37,344 bases of DNA from Acidimicrobiaceae bacterium. Lineage in GTDB: Bacteria > Actinomycetota > Acidimicrobiia > Actinomarinales > Actinomarinaceae. Location: NCBI GenBank assembly GCA_028344675.1, contig JAOMBT010000006.1, positions 1 through 37,344 on the forward strand, in the 5' to 3' direction. Position numbers and translations under genes: made by a program. Positions 27,309-37,194 of the stretch are shown here, piece after piece. Within the stretch, counting starts at the first letter, position 1; every line of letters starts with the position of its first letter. The notes beneath the pieces were generated by a model. It ran no database searches and had not been told where the DNA came from. It saw nothing but the letters and a program-made list of their open reading frames with translations.

Positions 27309-28304
27309 CTAAATTTTAGACAAATGAATATATTGATTATCAATTAACCAGTTGACTGTTTTCTTAATAAATGCTTCAAGATTTGTATAAGGAATTTGTA
27401 ACTCGTCTTTTGCTTTTGAACCATTGTATTGGTGTCCATGAGTTAAAACTCTTGCAGATTCAGTACAAAGGACAGGTGGTGAGTTTGAAAAAACTTTATA
27501 TAAATCTCCTATTGGTGCAATTACCTTTAAACCCAATTTAGGAATATAAACAGGATTACCATTCCAAGTGGATAAATTTTTTAAAACTTTTATTAATTCC
27601 TCACTGGTGCTTTGAAAACTATTTAAGACATATCTTTCATTATTTCTGCCATGAATTAAGGCATTGTAATGTCCGTGAGTGCAGTCATCAATATCAACTA
27701 CAGATAGATGATTTTTAATTAATGGTGGGTATTTTTTACTAAGTGTTGAGATAAGCAATTTAGCTGTACCTGATACTCTTCCTGGTCCCTGTACGGATGA
27801 GGGATTAACAGATACGAAATCAAATTCTTTTTTAAACCTAAACGCTTCTTCTTCAGCTAAAAATTTAGATTCTTCGTACTTGCTTAAAAAATACCCCCTG
27901 TGTTTTGATTCTTCATTTCCCTCAGTACCAAGCTTTTCACCTAAAGTAACCGCAGAAGATGTATAAATAAATTTTTTAATGCCTAACTGGTTACCTAAAT
28001 TTAAAATATTTTTGGTGCCTTCAATATTTGCGTTAAACATATAGTCAGGATTTTTAGAGCACATTTGATTCACACCTGCCACATGAAATATTGCATCGAT
28101 ATTTTTATTTGATAATTTTTCCTCTAGGTTATCAGAGAGAATATCTCCTTCTATTTTTGTTACATTTAGATTGTTAAAAAGTTCATTATGATGTTTTGAT
28201 CTACTTAACCCATAAACATTGTGATTGTTTTCAACTATTTTTCTTAAAAGTGGCTTCCCTACAACTCCAGTTGAGCCTGTTATAAATATATTTTGATAAC
28301 TCAT
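27309..28304 (-). CDS. NAD-dependent epimerase/dehydratase (extended SDR, DFR/HpnA-like)
   Basis: TGSTGVVG, FHVAG, YTSSA, YEESK (YxxxK), VNPSSVQGPG. Confidence 0.88.
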   Translation of the reverse strand: MSYQNIFITGSTGVVGKPLLRKIVENNHNVYGLSRSKHHNELFNNLNVTKIEGDILSDNLEEKLSNKNIDAIFHVAGVNQMCSKNPDYMFNANIEGTKNILNLGNQLGIKKFIYTSSAVTLGEKLGTEGNEESKHRGYFLSKYEESKFLAEEEAFRFKKEFDFVSVNPSSVQGPGRVSGTAKLLISTLSKKYPPLIKNHLSVVDIDDCTHGHYNALIHGRNNERYVLNSFQSTSEELIKVLKNLSTWNGNPVYIPKLGLKVIAPIGDLYKVFSNSPPVLCTESARVLTHGHQYNGSKAKDELQIPYTNLEAFIKKTVNWLIDNQYIHLSKI

Positions 28305-28843
28305 TTAGTTTTTTGTATATAACCAGAAATATATTGATAGCCAGAAATATATGAAAAAATTAATGCGTGAAGGACCACTAAGTCTGCAATATTAAAACTT
28401 AAAATATTAAATTGAAAATCTATCATTACAAACCCTACAGCCCAAAACTGGAGGCTTGCTTTAGCTTTACCAAATTTACTTGGAGGAATCATAATTCCCT
28501 CATTGCCTGCAAGGCCTCGTAATCCTGTGATAATAAACTCTCTAACAATCAATAGGGTTGTTATCCAAATGCTTACTCTATCAATGTATGTAAATCCTAT
28601 AAAAATAAAAGTTATGAAAATTTTGTCAGCAATAGTATCGAGGAAAGCACCAGTTTTTGTGGTTACATTCCATTTTCTTGCTAATCGTCCATCAAAAAAG
28701 TCTGTCCATGCTGATATAAATGCAATGATTGCTGGAATTAACATTAAGCCTTCATTTGAACCGTCTAACAAAATTAGGTATAAGATTACAGGCGCAGAAA
28801 TTATTCTAAATATTGCTAAAGAATCAGGTATGTATTTTTTCAT
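28301..28843 (-). CDS. pgsA: CDP-diacylglycerol--glycerol-3-phosphate phosphatidyltransferase
   Basis: DFFDGRLARKWNVTTKTGAFLDTIADK motif, REFIITGLR, GKAK. Confidence 0.88.
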   Translation of the reverse strand: MKKYIPDSLAIFRIISAPVILYLILLDGSNEGLMLIPAIIAFISAWTDFFDGRLARKWNVTTKTGAFLDTIADKIFITFIFIGFTYIDRVSIWITTLLIVREFIITGLRGLAGNEGIMIPPSKFGKAKASLQFWAVGFVMIDFQFNILSFNIADLVVLHALIFSYISGYQYISGYIQKTK

Positions 28844-29481
28844 TAAACCACATCAATTATTCGTCTCTCGGAAGCTTCTTTTATCGCTGCTTCCTTATCG
28901 ATTACAAAAGTTTTAAGAATATCAATAGAATCATCAATTAAAAACTCTACTTCCTCTGTTTCATTATTATAAAACTTTGAAAGTACAAAAACTGCCGGGT
29001 CTATATCTTTTGGAGGCCTCCCAACACCAACTTTTAATCTAAAATATTCGATTGTACCAAGATGAGAGTTGATTGACTTAATCCCATTATGGCCGCCATG
29101 GGAACTTCCCTTTTTTAGTCTTAGTCTGCCAAATGCAAGATCAATATCATCATGAATTACTAAAATATTTTCAGGAGAAATCTCTTTATATTTTATATAT
29201 GCTTTTAACGATTCACCAGATTTATTCATTGAAACCATAGGGATAACGACATCAACTCTATTTTCATTAATTATTAATGTTCCAGTTTTAAACATTCCAG
29301 ACTTATCTAGGTTGATCTCTACAGAGTTTTGAACAATAAAATGTTCGAGAATATCTGCACCAATATTATGTCTAGTCTTTGAATACTTTGAATGGGGATT
29401 CCAAAGGCCAACTAGAAGAGTGTTACTACTCTCCAGATTCATCTGAGGACTCTTCCCCAGCAGTTTCTTCAGAAGACTCAC
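28843..29481 (-). CDS. pth: peptidyl-tRNA hydrolase
   Basis: GLWNP..Y..TRHNIG, MNKSG, HDDID, GGHNG, RLKVGVGRP. Start uncertain: GTG 29481 (AAGGAG upstream) or ATG 29442. Confidence 0.93.
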   Translation of the reverse strand: MSLLKKLLGKSPQMNLESSNTLLVGLWNPHSKYSKTRHNIGADILEHFIVQNSVEINLDKSGMFKTGTLIINENRVDVVIPMVSMNKSGESLKAYIKYKEISPENILVIHDDIDLAFGRLRLKKGSSHGGHNGIKSINSHLGTIEYFRLKVGVGRPPKDIDPAVFVLSKFYNNETEEVEFLIDDSIDILKTFVIDKEAAIKEASERRIIDVV

Positions 29482-30106
29482 CTTCGGCTCCTTCTTCTCC
29501 TTCAAGTCCTTCGCCTTCAAGACCATCTATCTCTTCTTCTTCTATTGCAGCTCTAGGTAATGTAATTGTTACTAATATTGAGTCATCATCTTCAGTTGCC
29601 AATTCAACACCTTCTGGAAGTTTAACATCTAATACTGTGGCATTTTCACCAACATTCAACTCAGAGATATCTAAATCTAATGATGCAGGAATAGTAGAAG
29701 GCAATGTTGAAACTGTAATTGTGGAGTTAATAGTCTGTACCAATCCTCCTTCATCTTTAACTCCTATAGGAGTTCCTAAGAAGTTAACTTGGACATTAGC
29801 CTCTACATTTTGGGTTAAATCAATTTGAATTAAATCAATATGAAGAAATTCATTTTTATACGGGTGTCTTTGAATTTCTCTAGCAAGTGTAGTGTATTTA
29901 CTTTTTCCAACTTCTAGATTTAAAATAACGTTAGATCCAGCATCAGTTTTAAGAGCATTTGTAAATTCACGAGCATTTACAGCAATAGAAACGGGATCCA
30001 TTCCAAGGCCATAAATTACCGCCGGGAGAAATCCTTCGTTTCTCAGACGCCTTGACTCTCCAGAACCAATACTTTCTCTTAAAGTTGCTTTTAAATTTGC
30101 TTCCAT
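29426..30106 (-). CDS. rplY: 50S ribosomal protein L25/Ctc, long form with acidic tail
   Basis: SRRLRNEGFLPAVIYG, IQRHP...HID, GVKDEGG; upstream of pth. Confidence 0.95.
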   Translation of the reverse strand: MEANLKATLRESIGSGESRRLRNEGFLPAVIYGLGMDPVSIAVNAREFTNALKTDAGSNVILNLEVGKSKYTTLAREIQRHPYKNEFLHIDLIQIDLTQNVEANVQVNFLGTPIGVKDEGGLVQTINSTITVSTLPSTIPASLDLDISELNVGENATVLDVKLPEGVELATEDDDSILVTITLPRAAIEEEEIDGLEGEGLEGEEGAEGESSEETAGEESSDESGE

Positions 30107-30163
30107 ATTTATCCTTACGAATTATATAGAGTAATAAATTTTAATCATTACTCAAAGAGGTAT

Positions 30164-30961
30164 TTATGCTTTTTCTGTGGCTTTTCTTGCTGAAATAACA
30201 GCAAAAGTTAATGTTATGGCTGCAAAAAGACATGCAGATAAATAGCCCCTAAATAGTACATCTGGTTCCCAACCTTGAACCATCACAGATCGCATTCCTT
30301 CAATTACATAAGTTGTTGGGTTGTAAGCAGCAGCAGTTTCTAACCATCCTTTTAAGGCTTCCCTAGGAACAAATGTTGGAGCAAGAAAGATAGCAGGAAA
30401 GAATAAAAAAGTTGCTGCTTGTGCACCTTGTGAAGATCCTGATTTTACCCCAGCAGCTACTGAATATCCTGCAAATCCCATCCCCCATATAAAGGCAATA
30501 GAAAGAACTATTAAAAAACCTACATTGCCAACTGCAGGATCAGCTCCAATAAATTTACCAATTAATAAAATAAGACCTGCTTGCAACAAGACTCTGAATG
30601 CTCCAACGTTCATTGGAGCTAAAATAATAGCCCATCTGGAAATTGGCATACTCTGGTATCGTTTAAAAACTCCTGATTCAATATCTTCTACTAAATAAAT
30701 ACCTGAGGCTGCACCACTTAAAGAGGCAGAGACGATTGAAACAGGAAGAATAAAATTAACAAAATTTCCATTTGCAAAATCAAAAGGTGTTCCACTAGCA
30801 TTTCCCCCAAATACTCCCCCCAAGGCACCATCGTATACAAATAAGAAAAATGCTGAAATGATTAAGTTAGGTAATTCAGCAAGCGGTCTTCTTACTACCC
30901 TTAAAGTCATTCTCTTAGTTAAAATTTGTAACTGTACTAGAAAAGATCTTTTTGATTTCAT
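30164..30961 (-). CDS. ABC-2 type permease (DrrB-like)
   Basis: Multiple TM helices, DIESGVFKR...MPISR, NPTTYVIEGMR; coupled to the ATPase gene. Confidence 0.88.
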   Translation of the reverse strand: MKSKRSFLVQLQILTKRMTLRVVRRPLAELPNLIISAFFLFVYDGALGGVFGGNASGTPFDFANGNFVNFILPVSIVSASLSGAASGIYLVEDIESGVFKRYQSMPISRWAIILAPMNVGAFRVLLQAGLILLIGKFIGADPAVGNVGFLIVLSIAFIWGMGFAGYSVAAGVKSGSSQGAQAATFLFFPAIFLAPTFVPREALKGWLETAAAYNPTTYVIEGMRSVMVQGWEPDVLFRGYLSACLFAAITLTFAVISARKATEKA

Positions 30962-31932
30962 TATCTCTTACTCTTTTGTTTTGCTTGTTGGCTGCTTTCT
31001 GATCCTTCAAGCCTATATCCAGTAACTTCTAGAAAAACATCATCGAGTGTAGGTTTATTAGCTGAAACTGAACTAACTTCTACACCTTGATTACTGAGGT
31101 CCTTCAGATATCCAGGAATTCTAGAAGCACCATCTTCAACTGTAATTCTTAACTCATTTTTTTCTTGAACTGAATTAGTCAGTATATTTTTTGCATTTTT
31201 TAAATCATCATTATGATTAAATGCAAACGTTATTACATCACCGCCTATACTTGCCTTTAATTCGTCTGAAGTGCCTTCAGCAACAACTAAACCCTCATCA
31301 ATGATTGCAATTCTATCAGCTAGTTCATCAGCTTCTTCAAGGTACTGTGTTGTGAGAATGACCGTTACTCCGTTATTGCGAAGTCTTTTAATTTCATCCC
31401 ATAAAACTCTCCTTGAACCAGGATCTAAACCTGTTGTTGGCTCATCTAGAAAAAGAATCTCTGGAGAATGAACAAGGCTTAGACCAAGATCTAATCTTCT
31501 TTTCATACCACCTGAATAAGTTTTTACTCTTCTATCTGCTGCTTCTGTTAAACCAACAAGTTCTAAAAGTTCATTCGTCCTTACCTCAGAATCTTTTTTT
31601 GAGTAACCCCATAATCTGCAAGTTGTGAAAAAGAGTTCGTGACCTGTGAGAAGATTATCTATACCTGTGTCTTGAAGTGCTACACCTATTTTTTCTCTCA
31701 CTTCTTTGTCTTTGGTTGCAACATCTATACCTAAGATAGAGGCACTTCCTTCAGTAATGCTTAAGAGTGTGGTGAGCATTAAAATTGTAGTAGATTTACC
31801 AGCTCCATTTGGTCCAAGTAATCCAAAAATCTCACCCTGTTTTACATGAAAACTAACATCTTTTACAGCTTCAACAGTATCCTGCTTACTGATAAAAGTT
31901 TTCTTAATATTTTTAACGTCTACTGCTAACAT
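30961..31932 (-). CDS. ABC ATP-binding protein (DrrA-like)
   Basis: GPNGAGKS, YSGGMKRRLDL, LDEPTTGLDP, TTQYLEEAD, PTLDDVFL. Confidence 0.93.
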   Translation of the reverse strand: MLAVDVKNIKKTFISKQDTVEAVKDVSFHVKQGEIFGLLGPNGAGKSTTILMLTTLLSITEGSASILGIDVATKDKEVREKIGVALQDTGIDNLLTGHELFFTTCRLWGYSKKDSEVRTNELLELVGLTEAADRRVKTYSGGMKRRLDLGLSLVHSPEILFLDEPTTGLDPGSRRVLWDEIKRLRNNGVTVILTTQYLEEADELADRIAIIDEGLVVAEGTSDELKASIGGDVITFAFNHNDDLKNAKNILTNSVQEKNELRITVEDGASRIPGYLKDLSNQGVEVSSVSANKPTLDDVFLEVTGYRLEGSESSQQAKQKSKR

Positions 31933-31980
31933 TTATATCCTATATGAATTAAATATCTTATTAGTATAACGATTTTAAAT

Positions 31981-32053
31981 GGCCTCGTAGCTCAGGGGAT
32001 AGAGCACAGGTTTCCTAAACCTGGTGTCGCAAGTTCGAATCTTGCCGAGGCCG
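31981..32053 (+). tRNA. tRNA-Arg (CCT)
   Basis: Acceptor stem GGCCTCG/CGAGGCC-G; anticodon arm CAGGT-TTCCTAA-ACCTG; GTTCGAATC T loop; CCA not encoded. Confidence 0.96.
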
Positions 32054-32866
32054 CTATCGATTAAAACGTATTTCTAAATCTTTATTTATATTTGAAAAAA
32101 CAATATTTTTAAACTCATCATGAATGCCAATATTTGAAGCTACTAGTAGATTTGATGCTGTAGTTGGAAATTTATCTTTTTCATCAACTACTTTCCCACC
32201 AGCTTCTTTCAAAATTAAACTAGCTCCAAGGGTGTCCCATGGTTTCATAAAAAATTCAAAATAAGCATCAAACTTATTATCAGCTATCCAACAAACATCT
32301 AATGCCGCACTTCCAAATCTTCTTACTCCACCGCATGATCTCAATACTGCTTCAAAAGTAGTTATGTATTGTTCGGAATTATTAACTCTGTCATATGGAA
32401 AACCTGTAGCCACGATTGCTTTCTGCATTGTAGTTTTCTTCACAATCTCTAATTTTTTACCATTTTTATATGCACCATTGTCTTTATACCCTTCGTATAA
32501 AATATTATTGTAAATATCTAAAACATATACCTGAGTAGGTTGGTTTTCCTCTAAAAGCATCAAGGTAATAGCAACCTGTGGAATATTGTTTGCATAATTT
32601 ACAGTGCCATCGAGAGGATCAATTACCCAAATTCTTGCTGCATCAGAATTAATTGTTTCTGATTCTTCAGAAATAATTCCATCATTTGGGAAGTGCTTTG
32701 TAATAGCGTTTATTAAAATTTCTTCTGATTTTAAATCTGCCTCTGTGACTAAATCAACCTCGTGCAATTTTGAAAAGATTTCAACACCTTCTTTTAATTC
32801 TTTAATTGCTGATGCAGCATCATATAGTGCATTTTTTAATATGTGTATATCAAAGTCTTGATTCAT
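32054..32866 (-). CDS. suhB: inositol monophosphatase family protein
   Basis: DLVTEAD, SEE, WVIDPLDGTVNY, TGFPY, RRFGSAALD, PWD. Confidence 0.92.
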   Translation of the reverse strand: MNQDFDIHILKNALYDAASAIKELKEGVEIFSKLHEVDLVTEADLKSEEILINAITKHFPNDGIISEESETINSDAARIWVIDPLDGTVNYANNIPQVAITLMLLEENQPTQVYVLDIYNNILYEGYKDNGAYKNGKKLEIVKKTTMQKAIVATGFPYDRVNNSEQYITTFEAVLRSCGGVRRFGSAALDVCWIADNKFDAYFEFFMKPWDTLGASLILKEAGGKVVDEKDKFPTTASNLLVASNIGIHDEFKNIVFSNINKDLEIRFNR

Positions 32867-32869
32867 TGG

Positions 32870-34960
32870 CTACACAGAATGTTGCTGTCCCGAGTTCATA
32901 TAATCTTGAGCATAAATACCTGCTCTAGATATTGATTTTAGCTCAAGCCATGTAAATGGATTTTCTGAATTATTTTTTACATAATCTAAAAATATTTGTA
33001 ATGATTCTTTATGACCCTTACCAGATGAAAATACTTTGCTTTTATCTTGATTACCTTCCAGGTAGCGGAGTAACTGAAAATCTTCAACAATATATGAATT
33101 TCCATTTCCATGAACTTCTATTCTCTCTTTACCAAGATTTTTGTTTGTTTCTGAAAGGTACTGAATAGATGCATGGGCACCATTAGCAAAATTTACATTT
33201 ATAAACACTTGGTTTTCATTCACTTCATTATTTTCCTTATCAATTGGTGCAGACGAAGAAATACTTTGAGGCAGTGAATCAAACAAGTAACAAGCAAGGT
33301 CAATTGCATGTATAGCTTCACCAACAACTCTTCCGCCGCCAATTTCTTTTATGTTTGTCCAGTGATCTTTATCTAATGGGGGAACACTAAATCTAAAAGA
33401 TATAGAGTTTGCTGGATTTTGAATTAATTTTTGTTTTACAAACTGTGTTGCTTCAGAGAACCTTCTATTAAAACCAATAAATAACTTAGGATTATCAGCA
33501 TTATATATAGCTTCTTCTATTTCCACTAAAGAGGTACTTGTTAAGGCTAGGGGTTTTTCAACATAGATAGCTTTACCTTTACTTAATGCTTTTATGACAA
33601 GTTCTGCATGATTGAAGTGTGGCGTTAATATCAGTACCGCATCTATCTCAGGTGAGTTAAGAATTTCCTCCTCTGTTGTATATTTATTTTTGATTTTAAA
33701 ATTAGTTGCTAAAGATTGAGCAGATAATCCAGTTGAAGAAGCTACACCCAATACTTGACAGTCTTTTTTTAATTCTTTAAGAATGGGCATTATTGTAGTA
33801 GAAGCGAAGTTACCTGCCCCCAATATACCCAAATTTACTTTACTAGTTGTAGGTTCAAGATTGATATCTGGTGTGAATTCAATTTTTGGTTCAGATTTAA
33901 TATCGTATCTTAAAACTACTGATAGAGGCTTGGTCTCCTCTGTAAATTTCTTATAAACAGTAGGAGCCTCATCGAAACTTACTTCCTCAGATACAAGATC
34001 AAGAAGGTGTATCTGACCTTGAGATAAAAGTTTTATAAAAGCTTCAAAATTTCTATTTTCTGTCCATCTTACATACTCGATTGGATAGTCTTTTCCTAGA
34101 ATTTCATACTGCTTATCGTATCGCCCAGGTCCATATGATTTAGAAACAACAAGTTCTAACTCCTTATAGTAAAATTCATTTCTGGAAATATTTAATGGTA
34201 TATCTCCTACCACAACAATTTTTGCTTTATTTCTAGCTATTTTAGTAGCTACTTCAATAGGTTCATTACTTGAAGTAGCAGCTGTAATTATTACCGAATC
34301 AATGTCTTGAACACTTGCTTTATCAATAGAAGTAAAGTAATTATTATGACCTTCTATTCTTTTTTCATCTGGATCAATACCAATAACTTCAGAACCTTGA
34401 GCTTCAGCTAGCTTACAAACTAACTGGCCTACAATTCCTAAACCTATTACAACAACTTTTGAACCTAAATTTGTCTCAGAAAGCCTGAGCCCGTGTAGAG
34501 CTATGCTACCAAGAACTGTAAATGCGGCTTCTTTAATGTCTGCATTCTCTGGAATACGTGCACAAAGATTCTGGTTAACAGAGACATATTCTGCATGATT
34601 ACCATTTGATACAACCATATCTCCAACGTGAAAACCGCTTACACCTTTGCCAGTTTGCACAACTTCTCCTGCGGAACTATATCCAAGCTGAAGTGGAATT
34701 AAGTTTTTTGGAAATACCGCATTCCACACTGCTTTTACCCCTTCATTTTTTATTAAATCTAAACCCTTTTCGATATTTGAACTACTTTGCAGCTTCTCTC
34801 CAACCGTTGTATTTGCACCTTCGATTGCAGCTAACTCTGTCCCTGAAGAAACAACTGAGTAATGATTCTTAATCAACACTTCTCCATGGCTAGGTTTAGG
34901 AATAGGAGTGTCTAGAAGAATTGGATCGGGGTTGTTTTTTTCAACTACTAATTGTTTCAT
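32870..34960 (-). CDS. bi-domain oxidoreductase (MDR/ADH-like N-terminus + Gfo/Idh/MocA C-terminus)
   Basis: SSGTE, LGYSSAG, GLGIVG, SYGPGRYD...RWTENRN; then GAGNF, YVEKPLA, GFNRRFS, GGGRVVGEAIH. Confidence 0.9.
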   Translation of the reverse strand: MKQLVVEKNNPDPILLDTPIPKPSHGEVLIKNHYSVVSSGTELAAIEGANTTVGEKLQSSSNIEKGLDLIKNEGVKAVWNAVFPKNLIPLQLGYSSAGEVVQTGKGVSGFHVGDMVVSNGNHAEYVSVNQNLCARIPENADIKEAAFTVLGSIALHGLRLSETNLGSKVVVIGLGIVGQLVCKLAEAQGSEVIGIDPDEKRIEGHNNYFTSIDKASVQDIDSVIITAATSSNEPIEVATKIARNKAKIVVVGDIPLNISRNEFYYKELELVVSKSYGPGRYDKQYEILGKDYPIEYVRWTENRNFEAFIKLLSQGQIHLLDLVSEEVSFDEAPTVYKKFTEETKPLSVVLRYDIKSEPKIEFTPDINLEPTTSKVNLGILGAGNFASTTIMPILKELKKDCQVLGVASSTGLSAQSLATNFKIKNKYTTEEEILNSPEIDAVLILTPHFNHAELVIKALSKGKAIYVEKPLALTSTSLVEIEEAIYNADNPKLFIGFNRRFSEATQFVKQKLIQNPANSISFRFSVPPLDKDHWTNIKEIGGGRVVGEAIHAIDLACYLFDSLPQSISSSAPIDKENNEVNENQVFINVNFANGAHASIQYLSETNKNLGKERIEVHGNGNSYIVEDFQLLRYLEGNQDKSKVFSSGKGHKESLQIFLDYVKNNSENPFTWLELKSISRAGIYAQDYMNSGQQHSV

Positions 34961-34984
34961 TTATTTCCTGCTTATTAATGATAA

Positions 34985-35641
34985 CTAATTTACTTCTGTA
35001 ATTAAGGGGGACGTTAAATTTATAATCTTTTCATCTACTGTTTTAATTCTTAATGACCCATCTGTATTTACATCTTCGGCCCAGCCTCTACCCTCTGGAT
35101 ACTCAACTAATTTTCCTATTGTTTGTAGTCGGGACTTGTACTCATTAAGGTCAAAATTATTATTTTTAAGTGTGGCTTCAATCTGTTCAGCCCAGTTTTT
35201 AGCATCATCTTTAATCATTTCTTGGTTTTGATAGGTTTTAAATATAGATCCCGCATTTGGAACTGGAGGATTTTCCCAAAAGTAATTCACCCCCATGCCA
35301 ATACATATTTTATTTTCTACTTTTTCAACTAAAATGCCACCAACTTTTTTTTGATTAAAAATAATATCGTTTGGCCATTTCAGTGTTAAATCTATCTCTT
35401 TCAAAACCTTTGTAAATGTAGTACCAGCAACTAAAGGGATAAGAGTATGGGGTATGTTTATATGTTCATCAAATAAAGCAAACGAGCACGCTAATGACTG
35501 ATCTGCATTTAACCATGTTCTATTTGATGTTCCTTTTCCTTTTTCTTGAGAAAAACTAGTCACAAAAACAGGTTCTGAACTTAATTGAGTTAGTGCAAAT
35601 TCCTGAGTATTGTATATGGAATCAAAAAAAAAGGTTTTCAT
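34985..35641 (-). CDS. birA: biotin--protein ligase, no DNA-binding domain
   Basis: QEKGKGTSNRTW, LKWPNDI, KKVGGILVE, IGMGVN; no HTH; divergent from the carboxylase gene. Confidence 0.88.
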   Translation of the reverse strand: MKTFFFDSIYNTQEFALTQLSSEPVFVTSFSQEKGKGTSNRTWLNADQSLACSFALFDEHINIPHTLIPLVAGTTFTKVLKEIDLTLKWPNDIIFNQKKVGGILVEKVENKICIGMGVNYFWENPPVPNAGSIFKTYQNQEMIKDDAKNWAEQIEATLKNNNFDLNEYKSRLQTIGKLVEYPEGRGWAEDVNTDGSLRIKTVDEKIINLTSPLITEVN

Positions 35642-35700
35642 CTTGTTACTTCTTTACATATATATAGGTCAAATACATACATTAACAATAAACAGGAAAG

Positions 35701-37194
35701 ATGGGCATGTCAGACGAAAATTTAGCTGAAATTCGTAATGAGAAAGCTAAAAAAGTACAGCATCCTAAGGGTAAATTAACTGCGTACGAAAGGCTAGAGC
35801 TTCTTCTAGATGAAGGATCATTTACAGAAATAGACCAACATGTAGCATCTGAAGAGAATCCTGAAGGTGAAGCAGTTGTTACAGGAACGGGAACAATACA
35901 TGGAAGACCTGTTTATGTATTTAGTGAGGACTTCTCTGTTATGGGTGGAAGTCTAGGCGAGGTAGTTGCTAAAAAGATTCTCAAAATTATGGATAATGCC
36001 TTAGAGGCAAGAGCACCAATAATTGGGATTAAAGATTCGGGAGGAGCACGAATACAAGAAGGAATTTCTTCACTTTATGGGTATGCACAGATATTTAAAA
36101 AGAATGTTGAAGCATCAGGAAAAGTTCCACAAATATCAATTGTTGTAGGTCCATCTGCTGGAGGAGCGGTGTATAGCCCAGCTCTTACTGACTTTATTTT
36201 TCAAGTCCAAGAAATTGGACAACTATATGTAACTGGACCCGCTGTTGTTAAAACTGTTACTGGTGAGGATGTGACTTTTGAGGAGCTAGGAGGTGTTGAA
36301 GCTCATGGTACTAAGTCTGGAGTATCACATCAGGTCTGTGAAAGTGAAAAACAAGCATTTGAAGAAGTCAGATACTTAATGAGTTTTTTACCTCAATCAT
36401 CATCACAAAAACCTCCAGTTTTTATTACTGAAGATGAGTCAACAAGAATGGTTGAATCGTTAGATTCTTTTGTTCCAGAAAATAGAAACCAGCCATACGA
36501 TATGGAGAAGATTATTTCAGATATTGTAGATGATGGTGAACATTATCCAATACAGAGCAACTATGCAGCAAATATTATCACTAGCTTTGCAAGATTAAAT
36601 GGAAACACTGTAGGTATTATTGCAAACCAACCAATGGAACTAGCTGGGGTGCTGGATATTAAAGCCTCTGAAAAAGCAGCTAGATTTGTTAGATTTTGTG
36701 ATGCATTTAATGTACCACTTTTAACAATGGTAGATGTACCTGGGTTTCTTCCAGGAGTAGAACAAGAACATGGTGGAATAATAAGAAGTGGTGCAAAGTT
36801 ATTGTATGCATACTCTGAGGCAACTGTGCCAAGAGTCTGTGTTGTCGTAAGAAAAGCATACGGTGGTGCCTATATAGTCATGGACTCAATAGGACTTGGT
36901 GCTGATAAATTATTTGCATGGCCTAGTGGTGAAATTGCAGTTATGGGAGCTGAAGGAGCAGTTGATATAATCCACAGACGAGAGCTTGCTGCCGTAGAAG
37001 ATAAAGAATCACATAAAGCAAAATTAGTTGAAGAGTACAATGAAAAATTTAGTAATCCTGATATTGCAGCTCAGTTAGGGCTAATTGATAATATTATAAA
37101 ACCAAGTGAAACGAGAAAAATTATTATAGATTCATTTAAAGATCTAATAAACAAAGGTGAGTTAGGAGATAAACATGGAAACATTCCCCTCTAA
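35701..37194 (+). CDS. acyl-CoA carboxylase carboxyltransferase (beta) subunit, PccB/AccD family
   Basis: GKLTAYERL, DSGGARIQEG, AGGAVYSPALTD, DVPGFLPG, RKAYGGAY, KHGNIPL. Confidence 0.95.
   Translation: MGMSDENLAEIRNEKAKKVQHPKGKLTAYERLELLLDEGSFTEIDQHVASEENPEGEAVVTGTGTIHGRPVYVFSEDFSVMGGSLGEVVAKKILKIMDNALEARAPIIGIKDSGGARIQEGISSLYGYAQIFKKNVEASGKVPQISIVVGPSAGGAVYSPALTDFIFQVQEIGQLYVTGPAVVKTVTGEDVTFEELGGVEAHGTKSGVSHQVCESEKQAFEEVRYLMSFLPQSSSQKPPVFITEDESTRMVESLDSFVPENRNQPYDMEKIISDIVDDGEHYPIQSNYAANIITSFARLNGNTVGIIANQPMELAGVLDIKASEKAARFVRFCDAFNVPLLTMVDVPGFLPGVEQEHGGIIRSGAKLLYAYSEATVPRVCVVVRKAYGGAYIVMDSIGLGADKLFAWPSGEIAVMGAEGAVDIIHRRELAAVEDKESHKAKLVEEYNEKFSNPDIAAQLGLIDNIIKPSETRKIIIDSFKDLINKGELGDKHGNIPL

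Noticed and set aside
29426-29545. Low-complexity CTT/CTC repeats as a tandem repeat or array
   Set aside because: They simply encode the Glu/Gly/Ser-rich L25 tail; no repeat-spacer structure was seen anywhere in the window.
353-34872. Short ORFs in the track that overlap called genes (e.g. 353-553, 9274-9708, 20900-21253, 28503-28916, 29379-29828)
   Set aside because: They lie antisense to or out of frame within well-supported genes and carry no recognisable motifs; shadow ORFs.
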